From an uncultured cyanobacterium (GTDB lineage Bacteria > Cyanobacteriota > Cyanobacteriia > Cyanobacteriales > CAWUOF01): a stretch of DNA of 64,000 bases. The translations under genes were made by a program, and so were the position numbers. The stretch is from contig CAVUSO010000001.1 in the NCBI GenBank assembly GCA_963744145.1, positions 3,808,001 through 3,872,000 of the forward strand, given 5' to 3'. How positions within the stretch are numbered: the first letter of the stretch is position 1; the number at the start of each line of letters is the position of its first letter. The notes beneath the pieces are model-generated. The model saw only the letters and a list, made by a program, of their open reading frames with translations. It was not told the origin of the DNA and did not search any database. Shown piece by piece: positions 31,794 through 41,902 of this stretch.

Positions 31794-34700
31794 TTAGCGC
31801 GATTGCAAAATTGGTTCAAGCAAGAGAGTAATAGCATGATCATCAAATTGGTTAGCCAGCTCCATAATATGAGCAATAAACGGTTGATATTCTTGATTCA
31901 ACTGTTCTAAGCGACTAGCTTCACTTTTAACCTTAGCTATATCACCAATCCGACTGGATTGGTAGATTTGAGTGAGTTCTGCGGCTGGGGGAAAGATCAT
32001 TTCTAGTTGGTTGAATGTTTGCACCTCAGTTGAGTTTTCTGATTGCTCATATACCCATTCCAATTCCAGATATTTTTGTAAAGTTAGGAATAATTGTTTG
32101 ATTTCTACAGGTTTAGATAAAAAATCATTACAACCTGCTTTGATTGCTAGGTTTTGGTCAGCTAAAGAAACGCTAGCTGAACAAGCAATCATCGGAATCT
32201 TTTCTGAATAGGATTGACGAATTTTTCGGGCAAATTCATAACCATCCATCACGGGCATACCGATATCAGTAATGATAAAATCTGGTGAAAAAGATGAGAT
32301 TCTGGCTAATCCTTCGACACCATTTTCTGCTTCCGCAACTGTAAACCCAAGCGGTTCTAATAGATTGACAATTACCGCTCGATTTTCCCAGCGATCGTCT
32401 ACCACTAAAATCTGTTTTTTCTCCCCCTTATAGCTAATAATATTACCCGCTCCAATGGTTTTTTCTTGTACCCATTCATCATGCAATGGTAATTCCACTT
32501 CAAAAAAGAATTTACTACCTATTCCCAGTTTACTTTCAACTTGAATTTGTCCTCCCATTAACTTCACAATTTGCTGACTAATCGCTAGTCCTAATCCTGT
32601 CCCTTCTGCTTGACGCTGGCGATCGCCTACTTGCTCAAATGCTCGGAATAATTTTTGGAGATCTTGGTTACTAATCCCGACTCCTGTATCGATAACTGAA
32701 AAACGCAAACGAGTAGAAGACAATAGTCTCTGAGACTTACCTTGATGGTTTACGGACTGTACCCTAAGTTTACCCTGATGGTAGAGAAGTTCCGGTGGAA
32801 CCTCTGGACAGAGTGGAGTGGAAGGGTGGAGTCGTAGAGCGGAGTCGAAGTGGTCAAAGGGGTCAAAGGGGTCAAAGAGTTGATGATTATTTGAGTCTAA
32901 TTGTTCAACTTTTAGGATAACACTACCTCGATCAGTAAATTTAATGGCATTACCCAACAGATTAATTAATACTTGTCGCAAACGTTTTTCATCAGCAATA
33001 ATACCCCTAGGTAAATTGGGATCTGGTTCGTAGCTGAAATCAATATTTTTCTGTTGAGCGCGGATTTGGGAGATTTCTACAACTCCCTGTAATAGAGAAG
33101 GTAAATGGATATTATTGTAAGCGAGTTCAAGTTTACGAGCTTCAATTTTGGAGATGTCGAGAATATCATTAATTAAGGTGAGTAGGTGAGAGCCGCACTG
33201 GTGAATGACGTTAATTTCCTGAAGTTGTTTCTCGGGGAGAATTTTAGAGCGTCCGAGAATTTGAGCATAGCCCAAGATCCCATTCAGGGGTGTACGTAAT
33301 TCATGGCTCATATTAGCCAGAAACTCACTTTTTGCTTGATTAGCATTATCAGCTTTTTTCTTGGCTTCTTCTAGTTCAATTTCTGCTCTTTTGCGTTCTG
33401 TGATTTCATCTTGAAGTTGACTATTTTGGCGATCGAGTTCTGCTTCTGCTAGTTGTCTACTTTCTTCACTTAGTACAAACAACCAACAACCAATACCCAT
33501 CAATACCACCAGTGGGACATACAACTCGAGTAAGAAAAAAATCGAGACGGGGGAACCACTAAAGGATTTGTGGTAGTAACTTAAACCAAATACTATGGCA
33601 GTAACACTAGACAACAGCAAGAAAAACTCTGCAAACTTAGTCAACCTCGATCCCAATAAGGGATGGATCTTATCTGAAAAATTTCTCTGGATTAGCTCTT
33701 GTAAGAGTTGATCTAAAGTCTGATGATCAGGTTTACAGCGATCGTGGCAGCGAGCATCCAGACTGCAACAGAGGGAACAGATCGGACCTACATACATCGG
33801 ACAGTAAGCAGTATCTGGGATCTCATAATCTTGTTCACATACGCAACAAGTGATTAAATCTTTGCCATCAAAGGTAGTGGCTTGATGATTTTTTCTAGCA
33901 ATATAATATTTACCTTTAGTCGCGATCGCTATGATTGGGGAGAGGACAAAGGCAATTCCTAGAGCCAAAAAGGGGGCGTAAGCTTGAGGATAAGGTCCAA
34001 AAATCCCTACAAAAGCCAGGATCGAAATGATTGAAGCAATCACCATTGACCCAAAACCCACAGGATTAAAATTATACAGGTATGCCCGCTTAAACTCGAT
34101 ATAACTGGGACTCAAACCAAGAGGTTTATTAATTACTAAATCAGCTACTAATGCTCCCACCCAAGCGATCGCGACGTTAGAATACAGCCCCAATACGGTT
34201 TCTAGGGTTTCAAATACTCCCATTTCCATCAAGAGCAGGGCGATCGCGACATTAAATACTAAATATACTACCCGTCCTGGATGACTATGGGTGAGACGAG
34301 AGAAAAAGTTAGACCAAGCTAGGGAACCCGCATAAGCATTGGTGACATTGATTTTAATTTGGGAAATAATTACAAATAGGGTCCCGATCGTTAGCACTAA
34401 TTCATGGTTGCTAAACAGATCAGCAAATCCCCCCAAATACATCATGATCGGTTGTTTAGCGTTGGCGATCGTCAAACCGTGATGAATTGCCAAAGTAGCC
34501 AAAAATGCCCCACCGAGCTGCTTGGCTCCACCAATGATGATCCAACCTGGGCCAGCCAAAATTACTGCTAACCACCATTGCCAATGATTATCCTGACGTT
34601 TTTCTGGTAAAAATCTGAGGTAGTCTACCTGTTCTCCCAACTGAGCAATTAAGGAAAATGAGACTGTTGCTGCGGTGCCAAACAGTAGGGGATTAAAGCC

Positions 34701-35369
34701 CGAACTTCCACTCACTGTTCCCGCAAAATGAACCCAATTACTAATTGCATCTGGTTCTTTGTAGACAATACTTATATAGGGAGCAATCATTAAGAGTAGC
34801 CAAATTCCCTGACTCCACAATTGCAATTTACTAATCAGAGTAATCCCGTAGAATACCAAGGGAATAATCAGCAAAGAACAGAGCAAATAACCCCAAACTA
34901 AGGGCAAATGGAAATATAATTGTAGTGCTTGCGCCATAATTGCCGCTTCTAGGGCAAAGAAAATGAAGGTAAATGACGCATAGATTAAAGATGTGATGGT
35001 CGAACCAATATAACCAAATCCTGCTCCTCTGGTGAGTAAGTCTATATCAATGTTGTACTTGGCCGCGTAGTAAACAATCGGTAGCCCAGTAATAAATATA
35101 ATTATCCCCACCAAAATAATCGCCCAAAAGGAGTTAGTAAAACCATAATTGATTACTAACGAACCACCGATCGCTTCCAATGCTAGGAACGAGATCCCCC
35201 CCAAGGCAGTATTGACCACAAAGAATTCTGACCATTTGCGAAAGGACTTTGGTGCATAGCGGAGCGAATAATCTTCTAAGGTTTCATTTGCTACCCATGT
35301 ATTATACTCCCGTCGTTCTTTAACTACTGATTTAACAACGCTACTAACTACATTGCTTTGGGATTTCAT
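31794..35369 (-). CDS. Hybrid sensor histidine kinase with an N-terminal permease-like (NCS1/APC-type) multi-TM domain and a Cys cluster
   Basis: RREYNTWVANETLEDYSLRY start, many TMs, CCVC..CPMY..ICSLCCSLDARCHDRC, then HisKA, HATPase and REC. Confidence 0.88.
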   Translation of the reverse strand: MKSQSNVVSSVVKSVVKERREYNTWVANETLEDYSLRYAPKSFRKWSEFFVVNTALGGISFLALEAIGGSLVINYGFTNSFWAIILVGIIIFITGLPIVYYAAKYNIDIDLLTRGAGFGYIGSTITSLIYASFTFIFFALEAAIMAQALQLYFHLPLVWGYLLCSLLIIPLVFYGITLISKLQLWSQGIWLLLMIAPYISIVYKEPDAISNWVHFAGTVSGSSGFNPLLFGTAATVSFSLIAQLGEQVDYLRFLPEKRQDNHWQWWLAVILAGPGWIIIGGAKQLGGAFLATLAIHHGLTIANAKQPIMMYLGGFADLFSNHELVLTIGTLFVIISQIKINVTNAYAGSLAWSNFFSRLTHSHPGRVVYLVFNVAIALLLMEMGVFETLETVLGLYSNVAIAWVGALVADLVINKPLGLSPSYIEFKRAYLYNFNPVGFGSMVIASIISILAFVGIFGPYPQAYAPFLALGIAFVLSPIIAIATKGKYYIARKNHQATTFDGKDLITCCVCEQDYEIPDTAYCPMYVGPICSLCCSLDARCHDRCKPDHQTLDQLLQELIQRNFSDKIHPLLGSRLTKFAEFFLLLSSVTAIVFGLSYYHKSFSGSPVSIFFLLELYVPLVVLMGIGCWLFVLSEESRQLAEAELDRQNSQLQDEITERKRAEIELEEAKKKADNANQAKSEFLANMSHELRTPLNGILGYAQILGRSKILPEKQLQEINVIHQCGSHLLTLINDILDISKIEARKLELAYNNIHLPSLLQGVVEISQIRAQQKNIDFSYEPDPNLPRGIIADEKRLRQVLINLLGNAIKFTDRGSVILKVEQLDSNNHQLFDPFDPFDHFDSALRLHPSTPLCPEVPPELLYHQGKLRVQSVNHQGKSQRLLSSTRLRFSVIDTGVGISNQDLQKLFRAFEQVGDRQRQAEGTGLGLAISQQIVKLMGGQIQVESKLGIGSKFFFEVELPLHDEWVQEKTIGAGNIISYKGEKKQILVVDDRWENRAVIVNLLEPLGFTVAEAENGVEGLARISSFSPDFIITDIGMPVMDGYEFARKIRQSYSEKIPMIACSASVSLADQNLAIKAGCNDFLSKPVEIKQLFLTLQKYLELEWVYEQSENSTEVQTFNQLEMIFPPAAELTQIYQSSRIGDIAKVKSEASRLEQLNQEYQPFIAHIMELANQFDDHAITLLLEPILQSR

Positions 35370-35561
35370 AATTTTGTGATTTTAAGATGGCGATAAATGT
35401 AGTTTTTATAACAATCAAAGGTTAAAACCGTTACTGAGCAGTTCCGGTTCTTTCATATCAAGACTCGGAAATTATAGCACTAAGCCTGTACTTATAGGAA
35501 AGTTTACCCACATATATATCTTATACAACCTTATTTAGTACAATATTTTTGTGATGTAGAA

Positions 35562-35634
35562 GACAATTTAATTGACTATGATCCAGATCACTCGGAATAC
35601 CGATATGAATTACACCGATCAGCTATTGTTCAAA
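35562..35634 (+). pseudogene. ~73-bp remnant of the 5' part of the Uma2 gene at 29592-29664
   Basis: ATCCAGATCACTCGGAATACCGATATGAATTACACCGA is nearly identical to 29611-29648. Confidence 0.7.
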
Positions 35635-35656
35635 GGCATTGACTACGGTAGCATAA

Positions 35657-35953
35657 TTATGATATTTTGATGAAAAATAGCTGGTTGATTAAGTTTATTA
35701 ATAATATCAACCAAGTTTTGGATAAATTGGACAAATTTAACGTCTTAATCCTGGAAGTTGCTAATAAAATAGAAATGCTTCTAACAAATAAAAAAAATCT
35801 TCCTATCTTGAAGGTAATCCTGGTACCTAGGTTTGCTATTAAACTACCAGCAAATAAATTTTCTAGCGGTAATATTTCCATAAATGACATGGCAAATAAG
35901 CTCATCAACTGTCCTTGTTGATCATGATTATCTACCCAAGTTGAAAAAACTGT
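35657..35953 (-). pseudogene. Degenerate C-terminal fragment of an MFS transporter related to 38085-39353
   Basis: TVFSTWVD..QGQLMSLFAMSFMEILPLENLFAGSL aligns with TVLQTLVD..RGRLMSLFTMSFMGMMPIGSLFFGSL. Confidence 0.65.
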
Positions 35954-36049
35954 ATTTTTAGATACTATTTGCCTAATTAAGCCAAACCTAATCCCTCTTT
36001 TGTTAAACTGCGGTAAAATCTTAATTGTCCTTTGGCAATCCTCAGAAAA

Positions 36050-36649
36050 ATGTCTAGATTACCTCTATCTGTAGGTGCGATCGCGCCTAAGTTTATTTTA
36101 CCTCATCATCATTTTCAAGATGTTAAGTATACATATTTTACGGGTAAACCTTTAGTGTTGCTTTTCTCCGGAACAGATCAATATGATGCAGCTATTGAAC
36201 AAATTTGCTTATGGAGAGATTTATATTCTGAAATTGAAGCATTAGGTGGTAATGTCGCTAGTATTACTATTGATTCGATAGAGTCTTGATGCGAAATTAT
36301 GAATCGATACGAAGATTTAAAAGTGATTTGCTATGATAGCGATCGCGGTGGTTATTTTCGACCTCATCGGGACAATACTACTCCTGGAACTGCTCATCGA
36401 AAATTTGCCATGAGTATTAATTTGAATGTGGGAGAATACGAAGGAGGATATTTAAGATTTCCTGAATATGGACTCCATTTATATAAACCAGAAACAGGTA
36501 GTGCAGTAATCTTTTCTTGCTCTCTCTTACATGAAGTTACTGATATTACATCGGGTAGAAGTTTTGCGCTGACAGCGTTTATTTATAGCGATCAGGAAGA
36601 CAGTTTACGTGCCAAAAATGTTAATACTATTATCCTTTTCATGAGATGA
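36050..36649 (+). pseudogene. Internally deleted duplicate of the redoxin/2OG-Fe(II) oxygenase gene
   Basis: Both halves are near-identical to 36899-38041. There is a CGA-to-TGA stop at 36287-36289, and about 0.5 kb of the middle is missing at ~36297. Confidence 0.9.
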
Positions 36650-36898
36650 CAGGGAGAAACTAGAGCAGAGTCCAATTTTGGCGATCGTCCCAAGCTAATC
36701 GATCGCGACTATTTACAAAAATTTACCTAAAATATCTTTAATCTACCTAAAAACTGCGCTAAAATAACTCGGCTTGGCACAAAAAAAAAACTCCGTGCTG
36801 ATTTTAATAGCACTAAAGTCCTGAATCCAAACTTTCTTTAATTAGTTCAATCTCCTCAACAAATTTTCTGCCAAAATTCGCTGTCCTTTTACAACAAT

Positions 36899-38041
36899 AT
36901 GCAAACCTTATCTAGATTACCCCTATCGACAGGTGCGATCGCACCTAAGTTTATTGTGACTAATCATCATGAGCAAAATGTTAAGTATACATACTTTACG
37001 GGTAAACCTTTAGTATTGCTTTTCTCTGGAACAGATCAACGTGACGCAACCATTGAGCAACTTTGCTTATGGAGAGATTTATATGCTGAAATCGAAGCAT
37101 TAGGTGGTAATGTTGCTAGTATTACGATGGATTCGGTAGAGTCTCGATGCGAAATCGCGAAAAAGCACAATATTCCGTTTTTTTTAATGACAGATAGTCA
37201 AGCAGAAGTAAGTGGAGCTTTTGGTGTTTGTGAACCTACTACTATCAATGGACAAAAAGGACTCATATTTCATCGGGAAATATTTCTGATTGATTATAAC
37301 TGGAGAATTCTAAAAATTTATGATCAAGTAGATCCCCAATCTGATGCTTTACAAATAATTGCGGAGCTGAAAAAGTTAGTTTCGATCGAACCACCACGTC
37401 AAATTTTGTTACAAGCACCGGTCTTGTTAATTCCCCATGTTTTAGATGAAGACTTTTGTCGCAAGCTAATTAACATTTGGGAACATAACGGTAACTCTGA
37501 TTCTGGTTTTATGATGCAAATCGGTGATAAAACTGTCGGAATGTATGACTACAGTCATAAAATTAGAAATGATCATGTTCTTGAGGAGATCGAAGAAAGT
37601 CAACATGTAAGAAACTGTATTTCTGAGCGAGTTTCCCGAGAAATATGGAAAGCATTTAACTATAATATGAATCGATGCGAAGATTATAAAGTGGTTTGCT
37701 ACGATAGCGATCGCGGTGGTTATTTTCGACCTCATCGGGACAATACTACCCCCGGAACTGCTCATCGAAAGTTTGCTATGACTATTAATTTGAATGTGGG
37801 AGAATACGAAGGAGGATATTTAAGATTTCCTGAATATGGACCCCATTTATATAAACCAGAAACAGGTAGTGCAGTAATCTTTTCTTGCTCTCTCTTACAT
37901 GAAGTTACTGATATTACATCGGGTAGACGTTTTGCACTTACATCATTTCTTTATAGCGATCGGGAAGAAAGTTTACGGATAGAAAATGAGCATACGATTA
38001 TACCTGATGTGAGCAGAGAAAAGAATAGTCCTAATTCTTAG
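36899..38041 (+). CDS. AhpC/TSA-like redoxin domain fused to a 2OG-Fe(II) oxygenase
   Basis: N-terminal BCP-like fold; C-terminal HRD...H facial triad and GRRFAL 2OG-binding Arg. Confidence 0.85.
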   Translation: MQTLSRLPLSTGAIAPKFIVTNHHEQNVKYTYFTGKPLVLLFSGTDQRDATIEQLCLWRDLYAEIEALGGNVASITMDSVESRCEIAKKHNIPFFLMTDSQAEVSGAFGVCEPTTINGQKGLIFHREIFLIDYNWRILKIYDQVDPQSDALQIIAELKKLVSIEPPRQILLQAPVLLIPHVLDEDFCRKLINIWEHNGNSDSGFMMQIGDKTVGMYDYSHKIRNDHVLEEIEESQHVRNCISERVSREIWKAFNYNMNRCEDYKVVCYDSDRGGYFRPHRDNTTPGTAHRKFAMTINLNVGEYEGGYLRFPEYGPHLYKPETGSAVIFSCSLLHEVTDITSGRRFALTSFLYSDREESLRIENEHTIIPDVSREKNSPNS

Positions 38042-38084
38042 TAGACAAATAGTATTTTGATTGTTGATCGGGGCAAACTGAACT

Positions 38085-39353
38085 TTATTGTTCATATAAA
38101 CCAAGCTTGGTATAAACCGGACGAATAAAATGTCTTAATTGTGGTAGCTGTTGGTAAAACAGGAAAGAGCCTAATAGACAGAATAATCCCCCTATTCTGA
38201 GGGTATTGGGGGCACCGATATGATTAGCTAAACTCCCAAAAAATAAACTTCCGATCGGCATCATTCCCATAAAGGACATGGTAAACAAACTCATTAAACG
38301 TCCTCGTTTATCCTCATCTACCAAAGTTTGTAAAACCGTATTACTGGATGCTATTTGCATGATTGAGCCAAACCCAACTAGCAACAATACTAACTCCGAT
38401 AACCAAAAAGTTTGAGAAAGTGAAAAAATAATTAGACCAGTGCCCAAAATAGCTGGGGCAAAAGTAATAATCTTAACTAATCCTAATACACTCGGTCTCA
38501 AACTTAAATAAATTCCACCGATTAATGCTCCGATTCCTGATGCTGACATTAAAAACCCAAGAGTATCCGCACCACCATGAAGAATATCTTTGGCAAAAAT
38601 AGGTATTAAAGTAGTATAAGGCATTCCCACAAAACTGACAAAAGCCAACAGCATTAAAATAGAGCGAATGGGGGGAAAACTAAAAGCATAAACAAATCCT
38701 TCTTTTAATTTTTCCCAGGGATTAGTATTGGTAATAGTTATTTTGCTGGGTTTAATATTCATCATTAAAAGCGCAATGATCACCGCAATATAGCTAATCC
38801 CGTCAATCAAAAAACACATCCCTGTTCCTACCGCAGCAATTAAAACACCACCGATCGCCGGTCCGATTAATCTAGCTCCGTTAAACATTGAAGAATTCAA
38901 AGCGATCGCATTACCCAAGTATTCTTTTTTCTCTACCATTTGGGTTAGAAATGACTGACGTGCTGGGATATCAAAAGCACTAACTACTCCTTGAAAGATA
39001 CTCAAGCAAATAATCTGCCAAATTTGGATTGTACCTGTTAATGCCAAAACTGCCAATGCTAAGGATTGGAGCATGGACAGAACTTGAGTAATGACAATAA
39101 TATGATGACGATTGACGCGATCGGCTAAGATCCCACCCATAGGAGATAACAGAAAACTGGGGATTTGTCCAGAAAATCCGACTAAACCTAACCATAACGG
39201 GGAATTAGTCAAATGATAAACTAGCCAAACCGTAGCGATGTTAGTCATCCAAGTACCAATGACCGAAATTCCTTGTCCGATAAAGAAAAGACGTAAATTT
39301 CGGGAATCAAATGTTCTGAGAATTGGCTGTAATTTAAAGATATATGTAGCCAT
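38085..39353 (-). CDS. MFS transporter (MFS_3-like)
   Basis: Motifs RLFFIGQGIS.IGTWM, GG.LADR.NR, FDIPARQS and NAIALNS..FNGARLIGP. Confidence 0.9.
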   Translation of the reverse strand: MATYIFKLQPILRTFDSRNLRLFFIGQGISVIGTWMTNIATVWLVYHLTNSPLWLGLVGFSGQIPSFLLSPMGGILADRVNRHHIIVITQVLSMLQSLALAVLALTGTIQIWQIICLSIFQGVVSAFDIPARQSFLTQMVEKKEYLGNAIALNSSMFNGARLIGPAIGGVLIAAVGTGMCFLIDGISYIAVIIALLMMNIKPSKITITNTNPWEKLKEGFVYAFSFPPIRSILMLLAFVSFVGMPYTTLIPIFAKDILHGGADTLGFLMSASGIGALIGGIYLSLRPSVLGLVKIITFAPAILGTGLIIFSLSQTFWLSELVLLLVGFGSIMQIASSNTVLQTLVDEDKRGRLMSLFTMSFMGMMPIGSLFFGSLANHIGAPNTLRIGGLFCLLGSFLFYQQLPQLRHFIRPVYTKLGLYEQ

Positions 39354-39363
39354 GGGTCGGTAG

Positions 39364-39585
39364 TTATATTCTATCCCTTCTCACAATGAATGAATCATCA
39401 TGATCATGGGAAATTTTCAAAGCTTGAGCTGCTTGAAATGCAGATTTGGGATCTGGATATGGACCGGACCAGAAATATTCTTTAATTAGGGTATCTGTTC
39501 CGGACAGAGAACCATAGGTGAGATAATAAACGCTGTAAAGTTCCCTGGTATTATTAGGCATGGTTTTAGTGAGCATAATTCGCAT
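39364..39585 (-). CDS. Small hypothetical protein
   Basis: Co-oriented ORF filling the gap between the HlyD and MFS genes. Confidence 0.45.
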   Translation of the reverse strand: MRIMLTKTMPNNTRELYSVYYLTYGSLSGTDTLIKEYFWSGPYPDPKSAFQAAQALKISHDHDDSFIVRRDRI

Positions 39586-39646
39586 TTTCCCAATCAGATC
39601 TAAAATTAAAGTTTCCTTTTTATTTTATTACCTAATTGGTACATTG

Positions 39647-41206
39647 CTATTTAAGCTCTACATTCACAATGGCTGACATCCCTGGGGTAATACGTTCTTC
39701 GTATCCTTTAATACTGGCAGCATCAAAAACAATTTTGACTGGAATGCGTTGCACGACTTTAGTAAAATTACCAGTAGCATTATCTGGAGGTAATAAAGCA
39801 AACTGAGCCCCAGATGCAGGAGATAAACTATCAATATGTCCTAAGAAAGTTTGCTGGGGGAAAGCATCAATCTTAATTTCTACTGGTTGTCCTACTTTCA
39901 TTTTGGCTAATTGGGTTTCTTTAAAATTAGCCACCACCCAATCATCATTACCAACAAGTGCCATTAATGGAGTCCCCGTTTGGACTTGTTGTCCGACTTC
40001 TACAGTTTTGCGACCAATGCGCCCAGCGATCGGAGCCACAATATTAGTATAAGATAATTGCAGTTGGGCATCTTTCAGTGCAGCTTCCGCTTGGGCGATC
40101 GCTGAATTAGCTGCTTGGTAATTAGCACGATTAACTTGAGTTTGTTGTCCTTTAGCAGTCGCTTGTTCCACTCCTCCTTTGGCTGAAGCTAGTTTAGCTT
40201 GAGCTGAAGCAACTCCTTCTTGCGCTTGAGCTAGTTTAGCTTGAGCTGAAGCAACTCCTTGTTTGGCTTGAGCAACTTCAGCGATGGCTTTAGTGACATT
40301 TTCTTGAGCTGCTGATACCCGCGCTTTTGCTTGTTGAATACCTTGGAGAGCAGCATTTTTTTGCGCTTCACTTACTTCGTAGCTAGCTTTAGCCCCATCA
40401 AGTTGTTGACGAGAAATTGCACCAGACTCATATAAACTGTTATAGCGATCGTAATTAGCTTTAGTATTTTCTAAATTCGCTTCTACTTGGGCTAACTGAG
40501 CTTCGGCCGCCGGAACCCCCGATTCTGCTTCTTGCAGCGCCGCTTGGGCCGCTGGTACTCCTGATTCTGCTTGCGCCACCACAGCTTGGGCCGCAGGAAT
40601 ACCTGATTCCGCTTCCTGAACTGTGGCAATTGCTGTAGAAATCGCCGCTTGGGCCGCACCTACATCCCCTTGAGCTTGAGTATTACTAGCTTGGGCAGTT
40701 TCTGAAGCTAGGGCAATGTTAGATTGGGCTGCATTTGCTTGTCTACTTGCAGCTTCTAGTGCTGCTTGGGATTGCTGTAATTTTACTTGATAGTCTCGCG
40801 GATCAAGTTTAACCAACAAGTCTCCTGGTTTAACTATCTGGTTATCCTTGACTAATACATCGCTCACTGTGCCATTAATTCGGGTGCTGATCTGATGAAT
40901 ATGTCCGACTACAGTAGCGTTGTCAGTTTCTTGGTGCCTAGAACTATATTGCCAATAGTTGTATCCGTAATATCCCAGAGTTGCTAGTACACCTGCTCCT
41001 AACAATCCTAAAATTAAACGCTTTGGCTCTTTTTTCGGTGGTACTGGTGATTGTCTGACTAGCAGTTCTTCTGCTTCCAGATTAACTTCAGTGATGTTCT
41101 TGGATGCACTTTGTGGTTCCACCGTGAAGACCACTGCTTGGTCAATCGGTTTTTCCTCTAGAGCGATCGCTCTGTGTCCGTTTAGTGATACCTTGTGGTT
41201 TTCCAT
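39647..41206 (-). CDS. HlyD/EmrA family efflux adaptor with an extended coiled coil
   Basis: Motifs ETDNA.V, WVVANFKETQL and FALLPPDNATGNFTKVVQRIPV; internal Ala/Gln repeats. Confidence 0.93.
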   Translation of the reverse strand: MENHKVSLNGHRAIALEEKPIDQAVVFTVEPQSASKNITEVNLEAEELLVRQSPVPPKKEPKRLILGLLGAGVLATLGYYGYNYWQYSSRHQETDNATVVGHIHQISTRINGTVSDVLVKDNQIVKPGDLLVKLDPRDYQVKLQQSQAALEAASRQANAAQSNIALASETAQASNTQAQGDVGAAQAAISTAIATVQEAESGIPAAQAVVAQAESGVPAAQAALQEAESGVPAAEAQLAQVEANLENTKANYDRYNSLYESGAISRQQLDGAKASYEVSEAQKNAALQGIQQAKARVSAAQENVTKAIAEVAQAKQGVASAQAKLAQAQEGVASAQAKLASAKGGVEQATAKGQQTQVNRANYQAANSAIAQAEAALKDAQLQLSYTNIVAPIAGRIGRKTVEVGQQVQTGTPLMALVGNDDWVVANFKETQLAKMKVGQPVEIKIDAFPQQTFLGHIDSLSPASGAQFALLPPDNATGNFTKVVQRIPVKIVFDAASIKGYEERITPGMSAIVNVELK

Positions 41207-41361
41207 TACCTTGATCTCCTGGCTAATTAAAAATTTATTTAGGGGCTTAGTTCATGTAAATTAAGGATTCGTTTATTTCGTATCCGTAATATCATGGTAT
41301 GCCAGGAAATGATCTGACTACTTCACCCGATGGGATGAACTGAAATATAGTAAGGTAGCAA

Positions 41362-41829
41362 TTAGGCTAAATTAGCGATCATTAGGTCAATAAGTTGTGA
41401 AAGTCGCTCACGTTCAGCCAGAGGAATACCTTGCATCGCTTGTTCTCGCAATTCAATCGCGATCGGGGGCAAAATATTTTGCAGCTCTTTACCAGATTCA
41501 GTGAGCCAAATGCGCCAGATCCGGCGATCGCGTCCGTCCCTTTCTCTGTAGATCAGTCCACGTTCTTCCATTCGATCTAAAACTCCAGTTAAGGTTCCAC
41601 CTACTTGTTGGAGTTTTTCACCAATACTACAAGTCGCTAACCCATCTTCTTCCCAGAGACAGCATAGCACGATCCAATGAAATGGGGTCAGACCATAAGG
41701 CTCTAACCGCTCAGAGAATTTACGACTCGAAAGCTGGGATAATAATTTGATCCGATAGCCTAAGCTATAGGGTGCTAGAATCGTATCCCATGTGGCCAAA
41801 TGGTTAGAAACAACTGAATTAGAAATCAT
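41362..41829 (-). CDS. MarR family transcriptional regulator
   Basis: Motif GLT..W.VL..LW..TLTGVLDRMEERGLI.R..D..DRR. Confidence 0.93.
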   Translation of the reverse strand: MISNSVVSNHLATWDTILAPYSLGYRIKLLSQLSSRKFSERLEPYGLTPFHWIVLCCLWEEDGLATCSIGEKLQQVGGTLTGVLDRMEERGLIYRERDGRDRRIWRIWLTESGKELQNILPPIAIELREQAMQGIPLAERERLSQLIDLMIANLA

Positions 41830-41902
41830 ACAAATTTACTTAGGGTGCGTAGTATTAGTATACCACCTTTTTTTAGGTGATCAGTATAATGTTTAAAAAT
41901 GG

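Noticed and set aside
35398..35413. NtcA-like site TGTA-N8-AACA upstream of the permease kinase
   Set aside because: One mismatch to GTA-N8-TAC in AT-rich DNA and only ~30 bp from the start codon; not distinguishable from chance.
40180..40620. Internal DNA repeats in the HlyD gene
   Set aside because: Ordinary coiled-coil expansion, common in this family.
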